Positions 1-10,822 of a stretch of 64,000 nt of DNA are shown here, one piece after another. The stretch lies in assembly GCF_988243305.1 (NCBI RefSeq), contig NZ_OZ547136.1; one strand, 5' to 3'. Under the pieces are notes generated by a model. The model was given only the letters and a program-made list of their open reading frames with translations. It searched no databases and was not told where the DNA came from. The stretch's first letter is position 1, and each line of letters starts with the position of its first letter. The translations under genes were made by a program, and so were the position numbers.

Positions 1-243
1 CTGCGGTGATGATTTGTATGTGATACACAGCAACATTTCGAGATATTCATACGGCATCTAATACTGATTTAATTCTGGTTAAAATACAGACAGATAACAA
101 GATGAATATTCTTAATGTTTACGTTAAAAATGTTTAATATTATTTAATAGTTGTTAATTTGAATACTTCGATAATGTTATATTTCCTGATAATCATTTGC
201 AGGCAAAATGTTTTCACTCTTAAATGAGTATTTATTCTCATAA

Positions 244-618
<375 letters not shown>

Positions 619-621
619 TCT

Positions 622-1749
622 ATGTCGTGCCCGGTTATTGAGCTGACACAACAGCTTATTCGCCGCCCTTCCCTGAGTCCTGATGACGCAGGATGCCAGG
701 CTTTGTTGATTGAACGTTTGCAGGCGATCGGTTTTACCGTTGAACGCATGGATTTTGCCGATACGCAGAATTTTTGGGCATGGCGTGGGCAAGGTGAAAC
801 GTTGGCCTTTGCCGGGCATACCGACGTGGTGCCGCCTGGCGACGCCGATCGTTGGATCAATCCGCCGTTTGAACCCACCATTCGTGATGGCATGTTATTC
901 GGGCGCGGTGCGGCAGATATGAAAGGCTCGCTGGCGGCGATGGTGGTAGCGGCAGAACGCTTTGTCGCACAACATCCCAACCATACGGGGCGACTGGCAT
1001 TTCTGATCACTTCTGATGAAGAAGCCAGTGCCCATAACGGTACGGTAAAAGTCGTCGAAGCGTTGATGGCACGTAATGAGCGTCTCGATTACTGCCTGGT
1101 TGGCGAACCGTCGAGTATCGAAGTGGTAGGTGATGTGGTGAAAAATGGTCGTCGCGGATCGTTAACCTGCAACCTTACTATTCATGGCGTGCAGGGGCAT
1201 GTTGCCTACCCACATCTGGCTGACAATCCGGTACATCGCGCAGCACCTTTCCTTAATGAATTAGTGGCTATTGAGTGGGATCAGGGCAATGAATTCTTCC
1301 CGGCGACCAGTATGCAGATTGCCAATATTCAGGCGGGAACGGGCAGTAACAACGTTATTCCGGGTGAACTGTTTGTGCAGTTTAACTTCCGCTTCAGCAC
1401 CGAACTGACTGATGAGATGATCAAAGCGCAGGTACTTGCCCTGCTTGAAAAACATCAACTGCGCTATACGGTGGATTGGTGGCTTTCCGGGCAGCCATTT
1501 TTGACCGCGCGCGGTAAACTGGTGGATGCGGTCGTTAACGCGGTTGAGCACTATAATGAAATTAAACCGCAGCTACTGACCACAGGCGGAACGTCCGACG
1601 GGCGCTTTATTGCCCGCATGGGGGCGCAGGTGGTGGAACTCGGGCCGGTCAATGCCACTATTCATAAAATTAATGAATGTGTGAACGCTGCTGACCTGCA
1701 GCTACTTGCCCGTATGTATCAACGTATCATGGAACAGCTCGTCGCCTGA
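622..1749 (+). CDS. dapE: N-succinyl-L,L-diaminopimelate desuccinylase (M20 peptidase family)
   Basis: 375-aa ORF with M20 metal-binding motifs ([19 protein letters not shown]); conserved position. Confidence 0.9.
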
Positions 1750-1776
1750 TGAGTGGTTCTGCAAGAGGAAATAAGC

Positions 1777-1977
1777 ATGGACTGGCTGGCTAAATATTGG
1801 TGGATTCTGGTGATTGTCTTTTTGGTAGGCGTCCTGCTGAACGTGATTAAAGATCTCAAGCGCGTCGACCATAAGAAATTTCTCGCCAACAAGCCGGAGC
1901 TTCCCCCGCATCGTGATTTCAACGATAAGTGGGACGATGACGACGACTGGCCGAAAAAGGATCAACCGAAGAAGTAA
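1777..1977 (+). CDS. ypfN: small membrane protein YpfN (UPF0370)
   Basis: ORF 1753..1977; probable start at the internal Met giving a 66-aa protein [21 protein letters not shown] with one TM helix and an acidic C-terminus. Confidence 0.7.
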
Positions 1978-1983
1978 GCTGAG

Positions 1984-2065
1984 CGGCCGGATAAGGCGTT
2001 AACGCCGCATCCGGCAATGGTGAACGATGCCTGATACGACGCATCACGCGTCTTATCAGGCCTAC
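1984..2065. repeat. REP/BIME-type repetitive extragenic palindromes (two units)
   Basis: gccggataaggcgttaacgccgcatccggca and gcctgatacgacgcatcacgcgtcttatcaggcctac, both imperfect palindromes of the E. coli REP type, between convergent ypfN and ypfH. Confidence 0.7.
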
Positions 2066-2075
2066 CCGGTTATTA

Positions 2076-2774
2076 TTACATCATTTCAATCACATCATCA
2101 TCGCCAGGCTTACCGCCGCTTAGCGCTTCGTCGAAATAATGTTTCGGAATGGTATAACGCAAGTGATCCAGGGCAAATTGCATACTGCGATTGTCGATCG
2201 CATGGCCTAAATCCTCCACGATATCCAGCGTCACGTCACCACCGGCATTGATTAACGCTTCCTGCGCCGCAACCGCATGCGCCAGATCGATAACCGGATC
2301 TTCACCACCATGAATCAAGTGAATTGTCGTGGCTGTAGACGCGGTTTCCGGCAGGCTCGCGTAGCGTCCGTTGAAGGCAATGACGCGCGAAGCAAGGCCC
2401 GGTTCGGCTTTAATGCTCTCCAGCGCCATAATCGCGCCTTGAGAGAAACCGATTAGTGCCGTGGCGTTAGCCCCTACTCCGCTCTGTTTCTGCCAGTAGC
2501 GCACCGTTTCAATAAACGTCGGCATGATGGCATCCACACGTGCCTGGCGATTATCTTCCGTAATACCCTGCACCGAAAACCACTGACGCCCCGCCGGATT
2601 ACCGCTCGGCTCCGCGCCTCCGACACTCACCACCAGCGCATCAGGAAATAGCGGCGCAAACCAGCTGCCTATTTCCCCCATTGCCACCGGGTTATCCCCG
2701 ACACCGTGGAAAAGCAGTAACAACTGTTGCGCAGGTTTATCCGGGCTTTGAACAACAAAATGGTCATGTTTCAT
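2076..2774 (-). CDS. ypfH: alpha/beta-hydrolase esterase YpfH
   Basis: ORF 2076..2798; likely start at the internal Met (MKHDHFVVQS); phospholipase/carboxylesterase-type GFSQG nucleophile elbow. Confidence 0.8.
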   Translation of the reverse strand: MKHDHFVVQSPDKPAQQLLLLFHGVGDNPVAMGEIGSWFAPLFPDALVVSVGGAEPSGNPAGRQWFSVQGITEDNRQARVDAIMPTFIETVRYWQKQSGVGANATALIGFSQGAIMALESIKAEPGLASRVIAFNGRYASLPETASTATTIHLIHGGEDPVIDLAHAVAAQEALINAGGDVTLDIVEDLGHAIDNRSMQFALDHLRYTIPKHYFDEALSGGKPGDDDVIEMM

Positions 2775-2847
2775 GGCGAACTCCTTAACTGATGTCATTA
2801 ATTTTACGCCGCTGACTCACAATGACCATGGGAGAAAATTGAAGGAG

Positions 2848-4863
2848 TCAGTGAAAAAATTGCCATTGCGTTATGCGATCGCGCAGACGCTCAGTGCGAA
2901 CATCATTAAGTGCGAACAGCGCCTGCGCGGCTTCTTCGCGTTGACGGACCAGTAACAGCTTACGGCCTGAAAGTTTAAGTGTGGTACATAACTGCGCGTC
3001 ACTGGCGTTTTTCTGTAAACGCGCACGCAGCGCCGGTAATGCCAGTTCGCTGGTTTGTAACAGACGCATTAAGCAACCTAACGACGTTAATAGCGGACGA
3101 TGAGCGAAAGCAAAACCGGCCAGTTCAAGCCAGTCGTCGTCAGAAAGGACGGCATCGTTTAGTGGATCAACAGGAAGCATTTCGCCATTCCACTGCGCGA
3201 GAGCTTGCGCATCGCGACGTAAACGGTAATGCTCACGTTCAGCCAGCTGTTTACCCGCATCACTCATCGGTAACAGCGCCATCGCCGTATAGCAACCGCT
3301 GCTGGCTTCACGATGATTACCCATTCGCACCAGCACAAAACCGCAGCGTTGCCAGAAACGCCATAACTCCCCGGTGTAACCAAAACTCACCGAAAGATAG
3401 TCGAGGTCACGCGTATATTGCAAAGCACCAGCAATAAGTTGCCGCCCTGTGCCTTCCCGCTGACGCGCCGGATGAACTGCTATCCGGCTGACCCGCCGTC
3501 CACGCAATGTCGCTGCCAGTGGATTGCTGCCGTGCGCCGCCAGCGACTGGGCCACCAGATTACCCCGAGGGCGACGAAAACCTGCCCATACCGCCTGACT
3601 GAGTTGTTGAGATAATCCACCCTCATCCACCAGCCACAGCGCCCCGGCAATCTCGTTGTCGCCAGCCGCCTGTAAAAAATGTTGCCCTGGTGCATCCATC
3701 ATCCGGCGTAAATCCAGCGGCGAGGTCCGGTAGTGCGCACCAGACAATAGCTGATAAACCTTTAACGGCGTTTCTGGCTCGCTTCGCCATAACGTTTGTT
3801 CAAATGCGGAAATGACGATATTGCCTTGTGGTGTATGGGTGAAGTTTTCATCGTCAAAAACCAGTGCCTCACTAACCATTTTTTCCAGCGGGCATCCCTG
3901 CGCCCAGCGGATCGGCTGTTGTAGTTCAAAACGGTGTAAATGCGGAAAGCGAGCGCAAAATTTCAGCAAAAAACCACGTCCGGTGCCTTCGTAGCCCTGC
4001 ACCGTAGTGGTTAACAACGTTCGAGGAAAACGCGATACCAGTTGATGCAACAACGGCGCAGGTATAGCTGCGGCTTCATCGACCACCAGCCAGTCGGCTT
4101 GCTCATCGCTGGCTAACAAGGCATCCGGTGCAATAAAGCGAAACTTCTCGCCCGCAAATTGTGCCAGTACATCCGTTGCCGCTTTTGCGGGCGCGGTGAC
4201 AATCGCACTGCCCGCAATACGAGAAATGAGTTGCCCTGCCAACGCCGATTTACCGCGCCCACGCGCAGCCGTTACCACCACCACGCCCAATGGCATGGTC
4301 AGTAGCTGCTGTAAGAGTTGCTGTTGTTCTGGTTGTGGTGCGCCGGTCGCGGGGTGCCAGTCAGTACGGGGAGCAAAATGCACCAACGTGAACGGCTGGT
4401 TTTGCCGCCAGAGGATGGCGTCGTTATTCGCCGTAAGTACACGTTTGAGATGCTGGACAAAATGCGGCGTCGCAATAGGGTCAGGGCAATCACTCCAGCG
4501 CAGCGAGTCGGCATCAGGTTGGTTTTCCCACTCTTCCCATACAGGGAGTAACAAAACCAGCCAGCTTCCCGCTTTCAACGTTCCGCTAAGTGCTGCAAAG
4601 GCAGCGGCATCAAAGCCGTGGCGGGCGTCGAATACCGCATGCCGGAATTCGCGCCCAAGTAAAGTTTGTAGCGCCGAGGGAAAACAGTGGTTTTCAGCGA
4701 CTGGCTGCGGCGAAATCCACAGCCAGTCGCCAGGTAAAGCATCACGCAACTTAAGCGCATGATCAAAACACCAACCCTCTTCCCCGCTCAACACCAGCAA
4801 GCGGCGGATCCCTTCACGTTTCATTTGCGCTGTTAATGTGTGAAGCGCAGTCAGTTCAGCCAT
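2848..4863 (-). CDS. tmcA: tRNA(Met) cytidine acetyltransferase TmcA (helicase-like ATPase plus GNAT domain)
   Basis: 671-aa ORF with Walker A GRGKS and a C-terminal acetyltransferase region; conserved synteny. Confidence 0.85.
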   Translation of the reverse strand: MAELTALHTLTAQMKREGIRRLLVLSGEEGWCFDHALKLRDALPGDWLWISPQPVAENHCFPSALQTLLGREFRHAVFDARHGFDAAAFAALSGTLKAGSWLVLLLPVWEEWENQPDADSLRWSDCPDPIATPHFVQHLKRVLTANNDAILWRQNQPFTLVHFAPRTDWHPATGAPQPEQQQLLQQLLTMPLGVVVVTAARGRGKSALAGQLISRIAGSAIVTAPAKAATDVLAQFAGEKFRFIAPDALLASDEQADWLVVDEAAAIPAPLLHQLVSRFPRTLLTTTVQGYEGTGRGFLLKFCARFPHLHRFELQQPIRWAQGCPLEKMVSEALVFDDENFTHTPQGNIVISAFEQTLWRSEPETPLKVYQLLSGAHYRTSPLDLRRMMDAPGQHFLQAAGDNEIAGALWLVDEGGLSQQLSQAVWAGFRRPRGNLVAQSLAAHGSNPLAATLRGRRVSRIAVHPARQREGTGRQLIAGALQYTRDLDYLSVSFGYTGELWRFWQRCGFVLVRMGNHREASSGCYTAMALLPMSDAGKQLAEREHYRLRRDAQALAQWNGEMLPVDPLNDAVLSDDDWLELAGFAFAHRPLLTSLGCLMRLLQTSELALPALRARLQKNASDAQLCTTLKLSGRKLLLVRQREEAAQALFALNDVRTERLRDRITQWQFFH

Positions 4864-4877
4864 CCCTGCCCCGGAAG

Positions 4878-5741
4878 TTAAATGCTTTTACCAAAAGTAT
4901 TGCATTGTGCCGGATCGCCGCTGTCGAAACCACGTTTAAACCAGCTGTAGCGTTGCTGAGAAGTACCATGAGTGAAACTGTCTGGTACTACTCGCCCCTG
5001 ACTTTGCTGTTGTAAACGGTCATCGCCGATGGCCTGCGCCGCATTCAGCGCCTCTTCCAGATCGCCGGTTTCCAGAACGCCTTGCTGCTGCATGCTATGC
5101 CCCCAGACACCGGCAAAACAGTCGGCCTGGAGTTCCATACGCACAGATAAGCGGTTCACTTCCGCCTGCGTCGCGTTTTGTTGCAGTTGACGAACTTTCG
5201 GCTCGATGCCTAACAGTTTCTGCACATGATGACCGACTTCATGGGCGATAACGTACCCCTGGGCAAAATCGCCATCCGCGCCAAGTTTGTCTTTCATGTC
5301 ATCATAGAAGGAGAGATCGATATAAACCGTGCCATCCGCCGGGCAATAGAACGGTCCCATAATGGACTGGCCCGCCCCGCAGCCGGTGCGCGTCATTCCA
5401 CGGTACATGACCAGCTTCGGTTGCTGATAGGTTTTACCCATCTTCTCGAATTGCTGTCCCCAGGTGTCTTCCGTGGTTGCCAGAATCACCGAAGTGAATT
5501 TTGCGGCTTCGTCTTCATTAGGACTAATTGACCGTGTTGATTGCTGTTGGGAAACCGGCTGTCCGGTCATCAACCCGGTTAAATCAACGCCATAGTAGCC
5601 TGCAACCAGCACGATTATCAGTAAAATCAGCCCGCCTTTACCGCTTGGCAGGCGAAAACCTGGACCGCCCATTGACGGACCACCAGAGCTGTTGCGCCTG
5701 TCTTCAACATTGTCACTTTCACGTCGCCCTTGCCAACGCAT
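4878..5741 (-). CDS. ypfJ: putative zinc metallopeptidase YpfJ
   Basis: 287-aa ORF with an N-terminal TM segment and an HEVGHH zinc-binding motif. Confidence 0.8.
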   Translation of the reverse strand: MRWQGRRESDNVEDRRNSSGGPSMGGPGFRLPSGKGGLILLIIVLVAGYYGVDLTGLMTGQPVSQQQSTRSISPNEDEAAKFTSVILATTEDTWGQQFEKMGKTYQQPKLVMYRGMTRTGCGAGQSIMGPFYCPADGTVYIDLSFYDDMKDKLGADGDFAQGYVIAHEVGHHVQKLLGIEPKVRQLQQNATQAEVNRLSVRMELQADCFAGVWGHSMQQQGVLETGDLEEALNAAQAIGDDRLQQQSQGRVVPDSFTHGTSQQRYSWFKRGFDSGDPAQCNTFGKSI

Positions 5742-5908
5742 AGATACCTCAACAATATATTCATTATAGAAATGATCGTAGGTGGTTCAGAGGAAGATTA
5801 CCACAGGAAAGCGGGATGAAATGGCGGAGGAATGAGCGTTCAATGCACATCTTCCGAGAGCGGTTGTCTTGCCGTGCCAGCTGCACGGCAAGATGATGAA
5901 CAGAAAAA

Positions 5909-6622
5909 TCAGTCCAGCTGTACACCCAGGCGGCGGGCGACGGCTTCATAGGCTTCGATCAGGCCACCGAGGCTCTGGCGGAAACGGTCTTTGTCCATTT
6001 TCTCCAGCGTTTCTTTGTCCCACAGGCGGCTGCCGTCCGGGGAGAACTCATCGCCCAGTACCACTTTACCTTTGTACAGGCCAAACTCCAGTTTAAAGTC
6101 GACCAAAATCAGACCAGCATCATCGAACAGTTTTTTCAGCACGTCGTTCGCTTTGTAGGTCAGCTCTTTCATACGCGCCAGGTTCTCTTTACTTACCCAG
6201 CCAAAGGTTTCGCAGTAAGATTCGTTGACCATCGGATCGTGCATGGCGTCGTTTTTCAGGAACAGATCGAACAGCGGCGGGTTCAGCTCAATACCTTCTT
6301 CGATTCCAAGACGTTTCACCAGAGAGCCAGCAGCACGGTTACGCACGACACACTCAACCGGCACCATATCCAGCTTTTTCACCAGACATTCGGTATCGGA
6401 GAGCAGACGCTCCATTTGAGTCGGGATACCCGCTTCAGCCAGTTTGCTCATAATGAAGTAGTTGAACTTGTTGTTCACCATACCTTTGCGATCAAACTGC
6501 TCAATGCGCGCGCCATCCCCTGCTGACGTATCATTGCGGAATTCGAGCACCAACAGGTCCGGGTTTTCCGTGCTGTATACGGTTTTCGCTTTACCACGAT
6601 ACAACTCAGCTTGCTTTTGCAT
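5909..6622 (-). CDS. purC: phosphoribosylaminoimidazole-succinocarboxamide synthase (SAICAR synthetase)
   Basis: ORF 5909..6631; PurC sequence starts at the internal Met ([22 protein letters not shown]), 237 aa. Confidence 0.9.
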   Translation of the reverse strand: MQKQAELYRGKAKTVYSTENPDLLVLEFRNDTSAGDGARIEQFDRKGMVNNKFNYFIMSKLAEAGIPTQMERLLSDTECLVKKLDMVPVECVVRNRAAGSLVKRLGIEEGIELNPPLFDLFLKNDAMHDPMVNESYCETFGWVSKENLARMKELTYKANDVLKKLFDDAGLILVDFKLEFGLYKGKVVLGDEFSPDGSRLWDKETLEKMDKDRFRQSLGGLIEAYEAVARRLGVQLD

Positions 6623-6674
6623 CTTTATCACTCCTGGGTGTGAATTAACGTTTTAAAATCTTTTGCTGTCTGGT

Positions 6675-6723
6675 GTGCCGGATGTTTTGTCAGATGCGGC
6701 AAGAACGCCTTATCCGACCTACG
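6675..6723. repeat. REP-like palindromic element
   Basis: tgccggatg...cagatgcggcaagaacgccttatccgacctac, REP-type sequence in the purC upstream intergenic region. Confidence 0.5.
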
Positions 6724-6775
6724 TCCGACAAACAAATTTAGTGCGAATTACCGCTAAAATCGCGTTTTCCTGCCG

Positions 6776-6791
6776 ACGCACACGTTTGCGT
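6776..6791. promoter_or_regulatory. candidate PurR operator (PUR box) for purC
   Basis: acgcacacgtttgcgt, a near-palindrome with one mismatch to the acgcaaacgtttgcgt-type PUR box, about 150 bp upstream of the purC start. Confidence 0.5.
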
Positions 6792-6834
6792 ATCATATCA
6801 GAAAAAAGGGCCGGATGACTCCAGCCCTGTATTT

Positions 6835-7869
6835 TTACTTGCTAAACGCAGCCTGGAAGACAGCTACCAGCGCGTCGTTCTGACTCTGAGTCAGAGTATG
6901 ACCTTTCGGATCGATGAACTGTAGGCTGCTGCGGTTATCTAAATCGCCAACCTGCAGTTTATAGTCACCGGATGCCAGGCCTGGATCGCTCGCGCCCAGT
7001 TCCTGCCAGTCGCTGTCAGACAGCGGCTTGTAAGTTACGGCCATGTTACCCTGCGAACGGGTGCTGTCGGTCACTTTCATGCCCACTTTTTCCAGCGCCG
7101 CTGGCAGACGTTGCCAAACCACATTGAACGGCCCGCGTACGACCAGCATCGGTAAACCGGTGTCATCAGCTGCACTTTGTACGTCCATAGTGGTGGAGGC
7201 ACGATTTTGCGCAGCGTTCGCGGCGTCAGTGGCAGATTTATCCAGACCGGCGGAAATAACGTTCATCATCTCCGTGCTGTAACGCTGCATGGAAGCCGCG
7301 TCTGCAACCGGTTTGCCCGCCTGTTCCAGGTTCAGCAGTTTAACCGTAACCGCCTGCTGATAACCCTGCGGCTTAACAGAGATTTGATAACGACCACGAT
7401 ACTGCTCGTCTTCGTCCAGACGGTTCCATTGTACCCAATCGGTGGTCAGTGTCTGACCAGCATCATCACGTTGGGTGATGGTGTAGTTTTTCGCCTGCAG
7501 CACGCTAACCACCTGCGGCCACAGAGTATTGCCACGACCATTTTCCACCAGCAATGAAGCGGTATCGCCCGTGAACTGGGTACGCGCGCCAGAAACCAGT
7601 GCCAGCGGCTGGGCTGGTGGACGAATGTCCAGCGCCTTACCGACAGCACCACTACCGTTGGTCACCGGGATTGCATAATCACCGGAGGTCACCGGCAAAA
7701 TCATTCCAGCCGGGGCATGAAGCTCCGCAAGCGGTGCCGCTTCCAGGTAGGCTTCATCACCACTGACCTGACGCTTATAGCGTGAGTCAGAACTACAGGC
7801 AGCGAGTAATAAAACAAGCGAAACACCCGCAACCTTTGCCAGGCGCGACTTTTGAACAGAGTAAGCCAT
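6835..7869 (-). CDS. bamC: outer membrane protein assembly lipoprotein BamC (NlpB)
   Basis: ORF 6835..7872; lipoprotein signal with lipobox LLAACSS; 344 aa from the second Met; downstream of dapA. Confidence 0.9.
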
Positions 7870-7885
7870 CAAATCTCCCTAAACT

Positions 7886-8764
7886 TTACAGCAAACCGGC
7901 ATGCTTAAGCGCCGCTCTGACCGTCTCACGACCACTGTCGGTGATTGGTGTCATTGGCAGGCGCAGCGTATCGGTCGCCACAAGACCCAGTTCCTTACAT
8001 GCCCATTTCACCGGGATTGGATTGGGTTCGACAAATAGTTTGTTGTGTAATGGCATCAGACGCTGATTAATAACGCGTGCCTCGGCAAAATGCCCTTCTG
8101 CTGCCAGTTTGCACATCTGGGCCATATCACGCGCTGCGACGTTAGCCGTAACGGAAATAACCCCATGACCGCCTAATTGCATGAAGTCCAGCGCGCTCGC
8201 ATCATCGCCGCTCAGCAGAACAAAATCATCTGAAACCAGCTCTTTGATCTGGTTTACACGCGTTAAGTTCCCTGTTGCCTCTTTGATTCCGATAATATTT
8301 TTTACTTTCGCCAGACGGCCCACCGTTTCCGGGAGCAGATCGCAGCCAGTACGGGACGGCACATTATACAGAATTTGCGGCAGGTCAGTATGTTCAGCGA
8401 TGGCTTTGAAATGCTGATACAAACCTTCTTGCGACGGACGATTGTAGTAAGGGGTTACCGTCAGGCAGCCGACGATACCACTGTCATTGAAGCGCTGCGT
8501 CAGGCTAATGGCTTCCACAGTAGCGTTAGCGCCGGTCCCGGCAATCACCGGAATGCGCCCGTCAGCCAGCTCCAGCGTCATCATCACCACATCAGCATGT
8601 TCGTCATGATTTAAGGTAGCGGACTCGCCAGTGGTGCCAACAGAAACGATCGCCGAAGTACCGCTGGCGACATGATAATCAATCAGTTTTTTCAAGCTAG
8701 CCCGACAGACATTACCTTTTTCATCCATCGGAGTAACAATCGCGACAATACTTCCCGTGAACAT
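7886..8764 (-). CDS. dapA: 4-hydroxy-tetrahydrodipicolinate synthase
   Basis: ORF 7886..8782; DapA sequence begins at the internal Met ([17 protein letters not shown]), 292 aa. Confidence 0.9.
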   Translation of the reverse strand: MFTGSIVAIVTPMDEKGNVCRASLKKLIDYHVASGTSAIVSVGTTGESATLNHDEHADVVMMTLELADGRIPVIAGTGANATVEAISLTQRFNDSGIVGCLTVTPYYNRPSQEGLYQHFKAIAEHTDLPQILYNVPSRTGCDLLPETVGRLAKVKNIIGIKEATGNLTRVNQIKELVSDDFVLLSGDDASALDFMQLGGHGVISVTANVAARDMAQMCKLAAEGHFAEARVINQRLMPLHNKLFVEPNPIPVKWACKELGLVATDTLRLPMTPITDSGRETVRAALKHAGLL

Positions 8765-8909
8765 GGGCCATCCTCTGTGCAAACAAGTGTCTCAATGGTA
8801 CGTTTGGTATGGCATTAAAAGCAAGCAGACAGAACCGTTCTGATTGTTGTATGCATGTTTTTTTTATGCTTTCCTTAAGAACAACTCACCCCTTAAAGGA
8901 ATAACCAGT

Positions 8910-9482
8910 TTGACACTGTCATCGCAACATTATCTGGTGATCACTGCGTTGGGTGCCGATCGCCCTGGAATTGTGAACACCATCACCCGTCATGTCAGTA
9001 GTTGCGGCTGTAATATTGAAGACAGTCGCCTGGCGATGCTGGGAGAAGAGTTCACGTTTATCATGCTGCTTTCCGGTTCATGGAATGCCATTACTCTGAT
9101 TGAATCAACGTTACCGTTGAAAGGTGCCGAGCTGGATCTTTTAATCGTGATGAAGCGCACGACGGCGCGTCCGCGTCCGCCAATGCCAGCATCTGTCTGG
9201 GTTCAGGTCGATGTGGCAGACTCCCCGCATTTAATTGAACGCTTCACAGCACTTTTCGACGCGCATCATATGAACATTGCGGAGCTGGTGTCACGCACGC
9301 AACCTGCTGAAAATGAACGGGCTGCGCAGTTGCATATTCAGATAACCGCCCACAGCCCCGCATCTGCGGACGCAGCAAATATTGAGCAAGCGTTCAAAGC
9401 CCTATGTACAGAACTCAATGCACAAGGCAGTATTAACGTCGTCAATTATTCCCAACATGATGAACAGGATGGAGTTAAGTAA
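8910..9482 (+). CDS. gcvR: glycine cleavage system transcriptional repressor GcvR (tandem ACT domains)
   Basis: ORF 8844..9482; the conserved N-terminus (M)TLSSQHYLVITALGADRPGIV begins at a TTG codon at 8910-8912; upstream ORF residues look non-coding. Confidence 0.8.
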   Translation: MTLSSQHYLVITALGADRPGIVNTITRHVSSCGCNIEDSRLAMLGEEFTFIMLLSGSWNAITLIESTLPLKGAELDLLIVMKRTTARPRPPMPASVWVQVDVADSPHLIERFTALFDAHHMNIAELVSRTQPAENERAAQLHIQITAHSPASADAANIEQAFKALCTELNAQGSINVVNYSQHDEQDGVK

Positions 9483-9952
9483 TGAATCCACTGAAAGCCG
9501 GTGATATCGCACCGAAATTTAGCTTGCCGGATCAAGACGGAGAACAAGTTAATTTGACCGACTTCCAGGGACAGCGTGTTCTGGTTTATTTCTACCCGAA
9601 AGCCATGACCCCCGGCTGTACCGTACAGGCCTGCGGCTTACGCGATAACATGGATGAGTTGAAAAAAGCGGGCGTTGATGTGCTGGGTATCAGCACCGAT
9701 AAACCCGAAAAACTCTCCCGTTTTGCGGAAAAAGAGCTGCTTAACTTTACGCTCCTGTCTGATGAGGACCACCAGGTGTGCGAACAATTCGGCGTCTGGG
9801 GTGAAAAGTCCTTCATGGGCAAAACCTACGATGGTATTCATCGCATCAGCTTCCTGATTGACGCTGATGGCAAAATCGAACATGTCTTTGACGATTTCAA
9901 AACCAGCAATCACCACGACGTTGTGCTGAACTGGCTGAAAGAACACGCCTGA
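9482..9952 (+). CDS. bcp: thiol peroxidase Bcp (peroxiredoxin)
   Basis: 156-aa ORF with a peroxiredoxin active site around PGCT; start overlaps the gcvR stop. Confidence 0.9.
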   Translation: MNPLKAGDIAPKFSLPDQDGEQVNLTDFQGQRVLVYFYPKAMTPGCTVQACGLRDNMDELKKAGVDVLGISTDKPEKLSRFAEKELLNFTLLSDEDHQVCEQFGVWGEKSFMGKTYDGIHRISFLIDADGKIEHVFDDFKTSNHHDVVLNWLKEHA

Positions 9953-10146
9953 TTACTTTGCTCCATTCCGTGCTGGCTGCGCTTGCGGTCAGCACACCTC
10001 ACTTCTCGTGATCAAGATCACATTCTCGCTTTCCCCTGCGACACGGGTGTCGAATTCATTTTTTGCTGAACGTTAATGACCATCATTTTTGTACCGTTCA
10101 GAATCCAGTTAATACATAACTTATTGAATATATTAAATTAATCAGA

Positions 10147-10163
10147 CTGGCATCCTTTATGCA
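10147..10163 (+). promoter_or_regulatory. sigma54 (RpoN) -24/-12 promoter of the hyf operon
   Basis: cTGGCATcctttaTGCAa matches the TGGCAC-N5-TTGCA consensus with correct GG-to-GC spacing, about 40 nt upstream of the hyfA start; an adjacent sigma54 activator gene (hyfR) is in the operon. Confidence 0.6.
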
Positions 10164-10204
10164 ATATGAAATGCAATGTTTCATATCATTTTCAAGGAGC
10201 CGAC

Positions 10205-10822
10205 ATGAACCGCTTTGTGGTGGCCGAACCACTGTGGTGTACAGGATGTAATACCTGTCTCGCTGCCTGTTCGGACGTGCATAAAACGCAAGGTTTACAG
10301 CAACACCCGCGCCTGGCCCTGGCGAAGACGTCAACACTCACTGCCCCTGTCGTGTGTCATCACTGTGAGGAAGCCCCTTGCCTGCAGGTCTGCCCGGTCA
10401 ATGCCATCTCCCAGAGGGATGATGCGATCCAACTCAACGAAAGCCTTTGTATTGGCTGCAAGCTTTGCGCCGTGGTCTGCCCATTTGGCGCAATCAGCGC
10501 TACAGGAAGCCGTCCGGTGAATGCCCCTGCGCAATATGTTTTTCAGTCTGAGGGCTCACTCAAAGACGGAGAAGTAAACGCGCCGACCCAACATGCTTTG
10601 CTGCGCTGGGAACCGGGTGTCCAGACCGTCGCGGTGAAATGCGACCTGTGTGATTTCTTGCCAGGAGGTCCGGCCTGCGTTCGCGCTTGCCCGAATCAGG
10701 CGTTACGGCTGATCACCGACGATAGCCTGCAACGTCAGATGAAAGAAAAACAGCGCCTTGCCGCAAGCTGGTTTGCCAATGGCGGGGAGGATCCCCTTTC
10801 CCTCACTCAGGAGCAACGCTAA
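10205..10822 (+). CDS. hyfA: hydrogenase-4 component A, 4Fe-4S ferredoxin-type subunit
   Basis: ORF 10166..10822; multiple CxxCxxCxxxCP ferredoxin motifs; start at the internal Met (MNRFVVAEP). Confidence 0.85.
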   Translation: MNRFVVAEPLWCTGCNTCLAACSDVHKTQGLQQHPRLALAKTSTLTAPVVCHHCEEAPCLQVCPVNAISQRDDAIQLNESLCIGCKLCAVVCPFGAISATGSRPVNAPAQYVFQSEGSLKDGEVNAPTQHALLRWEPGVQTVAVKCDLCDFLPGGPACVRACPNQALRLITDDSLQRQMKEKQRLAASWFANGGEDPLSLTQEQR